Assembly: GCA_951406725.2 (NCBI GenBank)
Contig: OX597825.1
Span: forward strand, 61,938,001-62,002,000
DNA length: 64,000 bases
Source of the DNA: Octopus vulgaris
Lineage: Eukaryota
Direction: 5' to 3'
The notes under the pieces: generated by a model
Databases searched by the model: none
Told to the model about the DNA's origin: nothing
What the model saw: only the letters and a program-made list of their open reading frames with translations
Shown here: positions 1-11,344 of the stretch, in pieces
Numbering within the stretch: position 1 is the first letter of the stretch
How the letters are laid out: every line of letters begins with the position of its first letter
Position numbers and translations under genes: made by a program

Positions 1-37
1 AGAACAAGTCTGAATTTAAAATGGAAATTCATTACCT

Positions 38-360
38 AGCTCCCGTGCTAGTGACACGTAAAAAGCACAATTCGAGCGTGGACATTGCCAGTGCTGCCTG
101 AATGGTTCTCATGCCAGTGACACTTAAAAGGCACTATTTAAGCATATTCAGTGCCAGTGCCACTTGACTATCTCCTGTGCCGGAGGTACATCGAAAGTAT
201 CCATTACAATGTTGTTAGGAAGGGCATCCTACTGAAGAAACCTTGCCAGATCAGATTGCACCCTAGTGCAGCCTTCTGGCTTGCCAGGCCTCAGTCAAAC
301 AATCCAACCCATGCCAGCTTGGAAAGCAGACGTTAAACAATGATGATGACGACGATGATG
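38..360 (+). mobile_element. SINE-D (cephalopod SINE with RTE-type 3' end and (GAT)n tail), 5'-truncated
   Basis: Internal ~60-bp repeats (gtgccagtggcacgtaaaaagcac-like), gttaggaagggcatcc motif, ends ...gcttggaaagcagacgttaaacaatgatgatg; many homologues in the window. Confidence 0.85.
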
Positions 361-430
361 TAGAATAAGAAAAATTTTACGGTATTTATGGGCTTGTAAA
401 TATATCTCTTAGCACGGACAATGTATTCAC

Positions 431-640
431 CACCATCATCATCATAATTGTTTAACATCTGCCTTCCATGCTGGCATTGGTTGGACAGTTTAAAAGGAGC
501 TGGCCAGGCAGAAGATGGCACCAGGCTTCTGTGTCTGTTTTGGCATAGTTTTTTTAGGTTGGATACCCTTCTTAACACCAATCATCCTGTAGAGCGGACC
601 AGGTGCTTTTTATGTGGTACTAGCATTGGCAGGGTCATCG
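431..640 (-). mobile_element. SINE-D, diverged copy
   Basis: Reverse complement of the tail (catcatcat...tttaacatctgccttccatgctggc...ggatacccttct). Confidence 0.7.
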
Positions 641-791
641 AGTAACTTGCAAAGCAAAGAATCTTTGAGAGGGATGGGGACATTAGAGGAGGTGATCTTG
701 TGTTAGATGATGAAAGGTTGGAGTGTGACAGAGAGACAGAAAAAGGTGTCTTGCTGTAGAGGAGGTACATGATATTTTGGTGAGAGAGAGG

Positions 792-987
792 TTGTTTGTT
801 TGTTCGTTCTCGAGCCATGCCTGGCTCATAAGGGCCAGTTTCACAGAAGTTTGCCATTACCTTCTGCTGGAGCCGCATGGAGCTTAGGTGTTTCACTCAA
901 AAACATATACCACACCCGGTCTGAGATTCGAACCTGCGATCCCTTGACCGTGAGTCCGCTGCTCTAACCACTAGGCCATATGCCTCC
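792..987 (-). mobile_element. SINE-C (tRNA-derived), internally deleted
   Basis: Matches 3074-3375 in reverse; box A tggcctagtgg and box B ggttcgaatc on the minus strand. Confidence 0.85.
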
Positions 988-1904
988 ATAGCGAGAGAGA
1001 GAGAGGGGGAAGAGTTAACAAAAAAGAGGACAGAAACAGGTGTACTGTTGTAAAGGAGATACGTGATTACCAAGCCAGAGGGAAGAGCAAAAGAAGGAGA
1101 GAGAGTGAGAAACAGCAAGAGTGCAAGGGAGAGCAGGAGAGAGATGGTGGTGATGCCAGGGTATGTTCACATGTGAAACACTGATTCATATTCTAGTAGT
1201 GGTAGTAGTTGCAGACAATTATTATGAAGATGCTGTTAGTTATAGATGGCTGATGGTGTGGAATCTGTTTGTACCCTATATATTTTGGGTTTGGTTTGGT
1301 TTGGTTTGGACCTCTATCGTAATAATTCAAAATTTTGAATTATTTCCTAATCTAATTTTGAATTATTTCCTAGTGGACCAAACGGACAAGACACGTTTAT
1401 TTCATTAATTTGGAATCAATCTTTGGTAAAGCATGGTTGTGTCCTTCACTGCTTCACTCACATTTTTGTAATAATGTTGTAATAACGTATTCAAATAAAG
1501 ATGTTCTTTCTCTGTCTTACATACCAACTAGAACAGATAAATAATCATGAAATTGCATGAAATCATTTCACTGCATCTGCAATGTCAAGCACATTTAGAT
1601 TTCATAGATCGGTCTCTTCCATCTTCAAACCTGTCCTTCCTCATCTCTGTTAAACAGATTTTTTTTCAAGGTTTGTCTTCTAATAGCTGTTGCATATATG
1701 TTACACAAGGTCAGCTTCTTCTTTTATGATGCAATGGTTTCCATAGCAATAGATGACGTACAAATTTGTCTTTTCTTTGCTAACAATGTCCCTCAAACTT
1801 AAGTCTGTGTTGTTTGATGGCTCCTGTTAATAAAGATATATATATATATATCCTTATAATACATTGTTTGATAAATGTTGTTCCAACATTTTACTTTCCT
1901 TAAA

Positions 1905-2335
1905 ATCATCATGATCATCATCATCATCATCATCATCAGCATCGTTTAACATCCGCTTTCCATGCTAGCATGGTTTGGACGATTTGACTGAGGGCTGGTG
2001 AACCAGATGGCTGCACCAGGCTCCAGTCTTGATCTGGCAGAGTTTCTACAGCAGGATGCCCTTCCTAATGCCAACCACTCCATGAGTGTAGTGGGTGCTT
2101 TTACGTGCCACTGGCACGGGGTCCAGTCAGGCGGTACTGGCAATGACCTCACTTGAATCTTTTTACACATGCCACCGGCACAGGTGCCAGTAAGGCGACA
2201 CTGGTAATGTGAATGGTGCCTTTTATGTGCCACTGGCACAGAAGCCGGCTAGCCACTCAGGCAATGGTCACACTTGGATGGTGCTCTTTACACCCTACTA
2301 GCATGGGGCAGAAGTGCCAGTAAGGCAACACTGTG
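1905..2335 (-). mobile_element. SINE-D
   Basis: (CAT)n then gtttaacatccgctttccatgctagcatgg...ggatgcccttcctaatgccaaccactcc; internal repeats. Confidence 0.85.
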
Positions 2336-2444
2336 GTATACATTCCATTTAGACTGCTCTTTATTGCGTTTATAAGTATCCTGTTGCAGAAAGCAAGGCG
2401 TGATTGATTGATCATATTTATATTTTATGGAGTATGCTAGTATT

Positions 2445-2815
2445 GCATAACTGGCACCTACACCAGTGGCACATAAAAAGCACCCTTTGAGCATTGGGTC
2501 TCATGGCGGCAATGACAAATGACTGAAACCGTTGGCAATATGTCATGCTTGATAAGAAGACCCATCAAGCCAAGTAAGATCACAGTCATGGCAGATATCG
2601 GTGTCACACAACTGGCACCCATGACAATGGCACATAAAAGTACCCACTACACTCTTGGAGTGGTTGGTGTTAAGAAGGGCATCCAGCCATAGAAACCATG
2701 CCAAATCAGACTGGAGTCTGGTGCAGCCCCTCTGCTTACCAGCCCTGGTCAAACCGTCCAACCCATGCCAGCATGGACAATGGATGTTAAAAGATGATTA
2801 TGATGAAAAAGATGA
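2445..2815 (+). mobile_element. SINE-D
   Basis: ggagtggttggtgttaagaagggcatccagcc...ccaacccatgccagcatggacaatggatgttaaa followed by a GAT-like tail. Confidence 0.8.
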
Positions 2816-3073
2816 TGGAGTAGTTGAAAATATACTTTCCAGTCACATGGTTTCAGGTTCAATCCTACTGTATTGCACTGTGGGCAAGTGTCTACAATAG
2901 TCTTAGGCCAGCCATAGCATCATGTGTGTTTGGTAGACAGAACCTGAACAGACCCAGTCACATACGTGTGTGTTTGTGTGCATGTGTGTATCTATTGGCA
3001 TGTGTGTGCATGAATGTGTTTGTGTATAAGAGTGTGTGTGTGTGTGCACATGTGTAAGCAAGGGAGTGTGTGT

Positions 3074-3375
3074 GGAGGCACATGGCCTAGTGGTTAGAGC
3101 AGCGGACTCACGGTCAAGGAATCGCAGGTTCGAATCTGAGACCGGGCGATGTGTGTGTTGATGAGCAAAACACCTAAGCTCCTCGCAGCTCCAGCAGAAG
3201 GTAATGGCGAAACTTCTGCTGACTCTTTTGCCACAACTTTCTCTCACTCTTTCCTCCTGCATCTTGCAGCTCACCTGCGACGGACCGGCGTCCTGTCCAG
3301 GTGGGGAACCTATACGCCAAGAAGTCAGGAAACTGGTCCTTATGAGCCATGACTGGTTCGAGAAGGAACAAACAA
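3074..3375 (+). mobile_element. SINE-C, full length (tRNA-Arg-like head; resembles octopus OR-type SINEs)
   Basis: ggaggcacatggcctagtggttagagc (box A), ggttcgaatc (box B), cctgcgacggaccggcgtcctgtccagg core, (ACAA)n tail. Confidence 0.9.
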
Positions 3376-4462
3376 GAGAGTGTGTGTATGTGAGAGAGAG
3401 AGAGAGAGAGAGAGAACATGATCCTACATACATTGTCTATAAAATAAATTGAAGACATCATAATATCAGCTCTGAAATGCCTTTCATGATAACTCTACCC
3501 AATCAGGACAAATTGTTGTTGTTGTTGGTGGTGGTGGTGGTAATGTTGGTGGTATTGGTGGTGCTGAGTAGCTAAAACACCACAAGTGTACCTAGGCCAC
3601 GAGTTATTACTGATTTATTCACTTACAGTCAAACAATCAATACCAACCAACTATACAAGTCTATAACCAAAAGGTAAAATAACAATAAAAATAAAAATAA
3701 AACTAAAAATAAATTTCTTAAAAATTCATTTCAAAAAAGACTTCATATAATAAAGGTAAAGTATGTTCCCAGTTCAATGGTTTCTTATACTGAATCAATA
3801 TGTTAGCAGTATTACTAAATGGAAATAGTTATTTGAAAAATGTTTTAAAAACTTCAAGAGAATGCAACTCGTCTAAGACCATCAGCACCATCCTAATCTC
3901 TTACCTTCTGATTTCATTTTCTCCTAATATCTGTTGTCTTTTATGTCATTATTTATCACTATAATCTCAGAATTGGTCACTGATTCTGTTTTGATAAAAT
4001 ATTTGTATGTCTGGAAACTTATACATTAGGTTGATGTGTTTTCCTTCAGTTTCATAACATTAGTTTTGATCCAATTTTTGAACTTTACAGTTTATGTTAA
4101 GCAATTTATTATTATTTTTTTTTCTCTCTTGCTGTATTGAATTACCACATTTCTTCAGTGAAATCTTTTTATCTTTTAAGAAATTGATGTTTTGAAATGT
4201 TCTATTGTAACATATTTAAAAAAAAAAAATTCTGTTTTTTTTTTTCTTTTTCTTTTCCCCAAAATAATGGTATACCATAAAGAGAAATTTTGCAAAGCAC
4301 ATAGTGGGAACTGACAAATTATAGTGTTGAAGGCAATGTAAATTACAAGTACATCAGTAGATGTAGGTTAGAAATATTGCAGTAAGTTAGTAGATGTATA
4401 ACCCAGTCTTAACAGTAACTTAACGGATCAACATATACATATCACTTGTATGTAAAATTAAT

Positions 4463-4757
4463 ATCATCATCATTTTACGTCCACTTTCCAAGCTGGCATG
4501 GGTTGGACGGTTTGACAGGAGCTGATTAGGCAGAAAACAACATCGGGCTTCAGCTTGTGTTTTGGCATGGCTATGACGGCTGGATGCCCATCCTAACACC
4601 TAGCACTCTGCAGAATGGACCGAGTACTTTTTACTTGGTCTCAGCACAGGCGAGGTCATTTTTTGGCATGGTTTTTTTTTTTACAGTTGGATGCCCTTCC
4701 AAATGCCAACCACTTCACAGTGAGGACTGGATGCTTTTTATGAGTCAACGGCACTGA
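4463..4757 (-). mobile_element. SINE-D, older variant
   Basis: catcatcattttacgtccactttccaagctggcatgggttggacgg; two ggatgccc...cct modules. Confidence 0.7.
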
Positions 4758-4809
4758 ATGAACTGATGAAAATATATAAGTGATTTGAAAGTAACAATGA
4801 TGTACTGCT

Positions 4810-5037
4810 GAGCTGGCAGAAACGTTAATGCGATGGGTGAAATGCTTAGCAGTATTTCGTCTGTCGCTATGTCCTGAGTTCAAATTCTGCCTAGGTCGAC
4901 TTTGCCTTTCATCATTTTGGGGTCGATTAAATAAGTATCAGTTATGCACTGGAGTCGATATAATCGACTTAATCCGTTTGTCTGTCCTTGTTTGTCCCTT
5001 CTATGTTTAGCCCCTTGTGGGTAGTAAAGAAATAGGC
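4810..5037 (+). mobile_element. SINE-B (Nin/Deu-like central domain) with 18-bp TSD
   Basis: gagctggcagaaacgtta...gagttcaaattc...gtcgactttgcctttcatc...; TSD aacaatgat(g/c)tactgctg at 4793-4810 and 5038-5055. Confidence 0.9.
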
Positions 5038-5254
5038 AACAATGATCTACTGCTGTGGCCACTATTCAGAATCAAAGATAATGCGTCAGGTGGTCATGAG
5101 CAGACATAGACTCTGTGTCAGTCCTCCCGCACTTAATACAGTAGAACTTTCAGGATGTTGTAACTGGAGACAAAAAAGACTAGAGCAGTACTGGATTGCT
5201 ACTTGGTCAAGGAATTGAACCCATTACCATATGATTGAGAGTCAAACACTCTAA

Positions 5255-5485
5255 CCTATTTCTTTACTACCCACAAGGGGCTAAACACAGAGAGGACAAA
5301 CAAGGACAGACACACAGATTAAGTCGATTATATCGATCCCAGTGCGTAACTAGTACTTATTTAATCGACCCCGAAAGGATGAAAGGCAAAGTCAACCTCG
5401 GTGGAATTTGAACTCAGAATGTAACGGCAGACAAAATACGGCTACGCATTTCGCCCGGCGTGCTAACGTTTCTGCCAGCTCACCA
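5255..5485 (-). mobile_element. SINE-B with 15-bp TSD
   Basis: Reverse copy of 4810-5037; TSD tcaaacactctaacc at 5242-5256 and 5486-5500. Confidence 0.9.
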
Positions 5486-5627
5486 TCAAACACTCTAACC
5501 ACTTGTTCTCAAACATTCACAACATTAGTGTATTGCTAGAGATATGATTACAATATAATGTACAGGAAATAAAGCTGTAACATTAATGCAACACTGATGA
5601 AGATGATGATGATGATGGTGATGATCA

Positions 5628-6135
5628 TCTCTTTGCCACAGCTCAGCTACTGGGAAAGGCTGAAACAGCTAAGACTCTACTCTCTGGAGGGAAGGCGGGA
5701 GAGGTATGCAGTGATATACATCTGGAAGATCGTGGAAGGAATTGTGCCAAATTTTGGCATTGAAAGCTACACCAATGCCAGAATGGGTTGCCACTGCACA
5801 GTGCCAAAGATCCCAGGAATGTCATCATGCTTCAGGACCAGTTACTGCAATGGCCTGGATTTCAGGGGCCCACAGCTTTTTGATATTCTCCCAAAGAGCC
5901 TGAGGAACCTGCACAAAGTAAATGTAGGTGTTTTTAAATCAAGGCTGGAGCTCTTCCTGTCGAGAGCCGCAGATGAAGCTACCTCGCGGCAAGAGGTGCA
6001 AATGAGAGTAGCTACATCAAACTCCATTCTACATCAAGTGCCACATATTAGAGGAGGATCTCGGTAATAACAGTGTAGCAAAATGGCGGTGCTCCAACAT
6101 GGCCACAGCTAAGAGCTGAAACTACAAAAAAAAAA
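5628..6135 (+). mobile_element. CR1/L2-group LINE 3' end (ORF2 C-terminus, 3' UTR and A-tail)
   Basis: ORF 5597-6067 contains LSYWERLKQLRLYSLEGRRERYAVIYIWK and LPKSL...FKSRLE, typical CR1/L2 ORF2 C-terminal motifs; 3' stem-loop cagct-aag-agctg then A-run. Confidence 0.85.
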
Positions 6136-6151
6136 TGTATGTATATATATA

Positions 6152-6661
6152 AAAGCATAAGAATTAAATATTAAATAATTCTACCTTACCCAATTCGTTG
6201 CTAAACCCTTTATTGCTTAGTATTACTTAAATTTTCCTCGAATGAGGCTTTTACATTCTTTTCATTCACACTTTGAATTTGGTGATACTAGTTGCGGATT
6301 CTAGCTCGCTCTGATACTGAGTTGAGTTGGTGCCTTCTAGTATCTCAAAATATAATCATTTATGATTATAGTATTCTACGCTGAAGAGAAAAGAAGTTTG
6401 GGTAAGGTAGAATTATTTAATATTTAATTCTTATGCTTTCCTAAAAACTTGATTTCGAAACGTGCGTCCGTAGATAACTTAAAATTGTATGATAGATTGC
6501 CGTGAATTCATTCTCTCTTACCTGTTTGTGTCTGCCTTCCAATTGCTGTATTTTTACTGAGATCTCCTTTTTAGTAGAAGAAATAGCTATAACTCTTTGA
6601 CTGCTATTTCTAAATTCGGTCTGTGGTAAGGCAATTCGTTGCTAAACCCTTTATTGCTTAG

Positions 6662-6664
<3 letters not shown>
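6152..6664 (+). mobile_element. Penelope-like (pseudo-LTR) or retrozyme-like non-autonomous element carrying a hammerhead ribozyme
   Basis: 33-bp terminal direct repeat (6191-6223 = 6632-6664, 441-nt unit); 42-bp inverted 5' piece (6152-6193 is the reverse complement of 6398-6439); internal HHR; flanked by (TA)n. Confidence 0.75.
6375..6474 (+). ncRNA. Type I hammerhead ribozyme, intact core, long helix II
   Basis: Helix I tctacg(6375-6380)/cgtaga(6469-6474); CTGAAGA 6381-6387; helix II 6388-6456 (gaaa...tttc); GAAA 6457-6460; helix III ac-gtgc-gt; cleavage triplet GTC 6466-6468. Confidence 0.8.
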
Positions 6665-6709
<45 letters not shown>

Positions 6710-6714
6710 CACAC

Positions 6715-7113
6715 CGGTATTTGAAAATACCCCCACAGAGTGAATGATCATGCCCTGCACAGTTATACACTACCCTTTGGCAAGGCATAGCATCCCTTCA
6801 GCCAATATGTTAGGAACGTACCGAAGTCATGGGAACTGTAGCATGGTGGATTGTGATGAGTTAGCGGAGGAGCTCGACTGAACCAACAGTGCTTCTTACA
6901 GTGATGCTGAGTAGCAGAATCCCGGAAAATCAATGATTAGGACCACCAGGATCGATCAAGAAAGTAACTGCAACACATTCATAAGGGTGGCGTCTGTGGT
7001 TGTGTAATCAGCTAATGAAAGATTAACGATGATTCAAGCTCTCAATTTAAATTCAGGATAATGGAATCTGATGGCGACCAAGAGTCATGGGAATCTGCTA
7101 AAACAGTGAAAAT
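6715..7113. other. Unclassified, relatively GC-rich insertion between (CA)n tracts; probable retroelement remnant
   Basis: Sharp compositional boundaries with (CA)n-like sequence on both sides; no ORF or recognised motif. Confidence 0.35.
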
Positions 7114-7140
7114 ACACATACACACATGCACACACACACG

Positions 7141-7263
7141 TATAATCATCATCTTCATCATCATCATCATGATCATCATCATCAAAATCATTACCATCAT
7201 CATCATCCTCTTCCTCGTCCTCGTCCTCCTCCTCCTCATCATCATCATCATTATCATCACCAT
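7141..7263. repeat. (CAT)n/(CCT)n compound microsatellite
   Basis: Seen directly; source of poly-H/poly-D/poly-I pseudo-ORFs. Confidence 0.95.
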
Positions 7264-7573
7264 TTACATCTGTATTCCATATTGACATGGGTCATACAGG
7301 TTGTCATGACAACCTCTTTAAAGAATATATTGGGTGTATTTATCATGGAAACAGCTTCTGTTGGGTTTACTATTCCACATGAGAAAAAGAAAACAGTCCT
7401 TATTATTCTTTATTGTCCCTGTGTATTTAAGGCAAAGTTATTATATTACCACAACATTCTCACCATTATAAGAAGCCCTCAAAGTTCATCCATTTGACAT
7501 GTGTACTCCTAAAAGTTTAAAAATTCCAAGAGGTATGACAGCCTCACAACCAAATCTCAAGTTATGCTTCTAT

Positions 7574-7799
7574 ACTCTTTACTCTTTTACTTGTTTCAGT
7601 CATTTGACTGTGACCATGCTGGAGAACCACCTTTAGTCGAGCAAACCGACCCCAGGACTTATTCTTTGTAAGCCTAGTACTTATTCTATCAGTCTCTTTT
7701 AACAAACCGCTAAGTTACTGGGACGTAAACACACCAGCATCAGTTGTTAAGCGATGATGTGGGGGACAAACACAGACAAAGAAACATATACACACAATC

Positions 7800-7832
<33 letters not shown>

Positions 7833-8563
7833 TATGATGAGCCACTTCAGTTTCAGTCTACCAAATCCACTCACAAGGTTGTTCAGGGGACAAACACAAA
7901 CACAGACAAACAAACATATACACACAATTATAGATATATATATATATATATACAAGCAGTATCGCCCGGCGTTGCTCGGGTTTGTAAGGGAAATAACTAT
8001 ATAAGCATTTTTAGAGAGTTACTTCCCTTATAGATGCCAATTCGGGCTTTCTTAGCCATTTCTGTTTTGGTGTCTTCAAGCCATGAAGTCGTTGTTCTAA
8101 AAGAACGCTGGTCTCCTTGACAACGCTTTACGACGTTGATTTCCTTACACTCCCTTCCCCACAGCTTCATGAGGGAGGGAAGAAGGAGGAGAAGCAAACA
8201 GGTGCAGGTGTGACCATGGACGCCAACTCCGCCGCCATCGACACACGAAAAATTATGCATTAAAATGGAATAAAAAATGATGTTAAATTATTTTTAAAAT
8301 CGTAGACTCATCGTAGACGCGCGCTAATACTCAGACGGGCTCGATATGAATCACAACTATAAGATACCCGAATTTGGTTAAACTGCACCGCAAAATGTGG
8401 GAGTAGTTAGGAATCTAAATCGAAGGGGACAGACACTCACACAACTACAGTTTTATATATATAGATATACATATATATGACGGGCCACTTCAGTTTCCAT
8501 CTACCAAATCCACTCACAAGGCTGTTCAGGGGACAAACACAGATGCAAAAACATATACACACA

Positions 8564-8632
<69 letters not shown>

Positions 8633-8794
8633 GTACATATATACGATGGGCCACTTTCAGTTCCCATCTACCAAATCCACTTAAAATGCTTTGGTCAGCC
8701 CGAGGGCTATAGTAGAACACACTTGCCCAAGGTACCATGCAGTGGGACTGAAACCGGATCCATAAGCTACTTACCACACAGCCACTCCTACGCC
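7574..8794 (-). mobile_element. SINE-A, composite copy with triplicated middle module, interrupted by a Helitron
   Basis: Tail (tactcttt)n, head ...ttaccacacagccactcctacgcc; module ggggacaaacac...cagtttc...ctaccaaatccac occurs three times (~7762, ~7887, ~8529). Confidence 0.85.
7953..8465 (-). mobile_element. Non-autonomous Helitron
   Basis: Minus strand starts A|TCtatatata and ends cccgagcaacgccggg hairpin + cgatactgCTTG|T (CTAG with one change); no TSD; inserted in the (TA)n of a SINE. Confidence 0.8.
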
Positions 8795-9640
8795 TACATA
8801 CAAATAATATTTCTTTTACAGACACACAAAACTTCCAGGGAAGGAAGTTGAATGTCTCTTACAGTCTGCTTGTATGGCAATGATGTTATCAAGTTTCTCC
8901 TACGTTTCCACCAATACGTCAATATCACCGATGTTATTGGTTTATTTCTACCAATACCCCAAACGTTAGTACCTACTTATAGGTATTTTTTCCAATACAT
9001 CATCGTTACTAACATGTTACAGCTGTATGTTTAACTATTTATCAATATTACTGTTATATTTTCAGAAATAGATTGATTGTATTGTCTCATTACAGAAAAA
9101 TATCCACAAATCCATCAATGTTATTATTAATTTATTACTACACACACACATACACGTATATATATATGAAACAAATACACAAAAAAGCCACATATTTTTA
9201 CCAATATATCATTATTATAATCAAGTGACATTTACATTTTTAACAATAGATCAATTTTTCCAATGAATTCACCATTTTATTTCTATCAATATACACATTT
9301 ACGCAACAGATTTATTTCAAACACTACAGGAATATTACTGCTATGTTACTGTAAGATTACATACAATGCATAAATGTTATTTATGTTAGTGTTAGTTTTT
9401 ATGACCATATTTATGTTACTGTCAACTTACATCTGTATTTCAAGCAATAGATCTCGGTTTCTGTCATATTCCTCTAAAACATCATTGCTCTCTTTGTTCA
9501 TCTATTCGCTTTACATCTGTTTATCCATGCTGGCATGAGTTAGAGGAATATATTATTGAACCAGTGCTTTTTTGTATCTGGATGCCCTTCCTGTTACTAG
9601 GTCATTGCTGTTTATTTTTGAGTAAGCCAAGTGTTATTTT

Positions 9641-9940
9641 GGAGGCACAATGGCCCAGTGGTTAGGGCAGCAGACTTGTGGTTGGAGGATCGCAGTTTCG
9701 ATTCCCAGACCAGGCGTTGTGTGTGTTTATTGAGCGAAAATACCTAAAGCTCCTCAAGGCTCCAGCAGGGGGTGGTGGTGGCCCCTGTTGTACTCTTTCA
9801 CCCCAAATTTCTCTCACTCTTTCCTCCTGTTTCTTGGGTAACGCTGCGATGAACTGGCATCCCATCCAGCTGAGGGGAACACATACGCCACAGAAACTGG
9901 GAAACCGGGCCCATGAGCCTGGCTAGGCTTGAAAAGGGCG
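9641..9940 (+). mobile_element. SINE-C subfamily variant
   Basis: ggaggcacaatggcccagtggttaggg, gtttcgattccc, gctgcgatgaactggcatcccatccag, gggaaaccgggcccatgagcctggc. Confidence 0.85.
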
Positions 9941-10174
9941 AGAGAAGATACAAGTCTTCTTTTACACATAACCAAAGATATGAAGAGAGTGATTTTCATA
10001 AAGCACAAATGTAAATAAACACATCAACGTATACATGTATTCACAAATATGATCATTATAATTACTCCATCACTGCCATCACCTTAACTTTTTCTGCCAC
10101 GTATTTTTCTCTAGCAACTATGATTCCACCACGGCTAATTGAGTCACTTATTTAATGGAAACTGTCTGTTACTT

Positions 10175-10520
10175 TTAGAGAGCCTTCCAAGTATTTGAAA
10201 GAATTTTATCTCACAGATTTTATTGCATTTTATTGCAACTACCTACACTTGTGCATCTGCTACTTACAAAGTCTGTCTTCCTTACCAACATGCTTGTAAT
10301 CTCAATGCACCTCTTGTGTTACCTTTATTAACATATGGTATACTTTATGGAATTCTTACCTTTTCATCTTCTGCATATCAAGCTTGACCACTTCCCAGGT
10401 GGCTCTACAACCATATCTTCTTAATTGAAACATTTATCTTTGCTAGGCTTACTCTTAGATCTTTCAAATCTGTACATTGCTTTCATTTTTAGAATTACTA
10501 CTCTCATTCTTTCATTCTTT
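10175..10520 (-). mobile_element. Highly decayed RTE-type LINE ORF2 fragment (post-RT Cys-rich region)
   Basis: Minus strand gives interrupted LRVSLAK / GKWSSLICRR-like peptides resembling the LRVNxxKT...KxPCxxC region of molluscan RTEs; many stops. Confidence 0.35.
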
Positions 10521-10722
10521 CATTCTTCAACTGATTCAGTTATGAGAACCAAGTCATCAAAATGTATGAATTCCTGTGAACGTCTTGTCTTCAACAAAGA
10601 CAGAAGAGGCAAAGGAATATATACCTGCATATTAAATTCATTGCTGAACTAGTAACTAAATTTTTCCTTGCTGAAGACATTGCAGTACATGGCTTATAAA
10701 ACTCCCACACACTATCAACATT

Positions 10723-11344
10723 CAGTAACCCCTTGCCATATCGTGGTTCACCTATTGCAGTTCACCCATGATGGTTTATTAGTTAAGCTTACGTCAATTT
10801 TTCTGTAGTGTTGTTTTGCATTTATACTAAAATAAATATGTACATGGCTGTGTGGTAAGTAGCTTGCTTATGAACCACATGGTTCCGGGTTCAGTCCCAC
10901 CATGTGGCACCTAGAGCAAGTGTCTTCTACTATAGCCTCGGGCCAACCAAAGCTTTGTTAGTGGATTTAGTAGACGGAAACTGAAAGAACCCCGTCGTAT
11001 ATATGTGTATATATATATTTGTGTTTGTGTGTGTGTGTATGCTTGCATCTGTGTTTGTCCCCCCGCCCCCAACATTGCTTGACAACCAATGCTTGTGTGT
11101 TTACAACCCCGTAACGTAGTAGTTTGGCAAAGACCGATAAAATAAGTACTAGGCTTACAAATAATAAGTCCTGGGATCGATTTGTTCGACTAAAGGCGGT
11201 GCTCCAGCATGGCCACAGTCAAATGACTGAAACAAGTAATAGAGTAAAAGACTAAAAGTGTACAATACTGTTTCTACTTAGTGGATTTTCACCTATCATG
11301 GGGTGTTTTGGAATGTAACACCCATGATAGTCAAGGGGTTACTG
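10723..11344. mobile_element. pogo/Tigger-type MITE interrupted by SINE-A
   Basis: 13-bp TIR cagtaaccccttg (10723-10735) / caaggggttactg (11332-11344), TA on the right, subterminal hairpin ctatcatggggtgtt...aacacccatgatag. Confidence 0.75.
10843..11258 (+). mobile_element. SINE-A (tRNA-derived, internal TA/TG microsatellite, CR1/L2-type tail)
   Basis: tggctgtgtgg box A, ggttcagtccc box B, ggcggtgctccagcatggccacagtcaaatgactgaaac tail. Confidence 0.9.

Noticed and set aside
3074-3146. tRNA genes at box A/box B motifs
   Set aside because: They are SINE heads continuing into repeat bodies, without a complete cloverleaf or acceptor stem
2903-3461. Recurring ORF family (CKMQEERVRE...), also at 27834-28127, 32492-32962 and 35559-35926
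   Set aside because: These are read-throughs of SINE-C copies; frames and stops are not conserved
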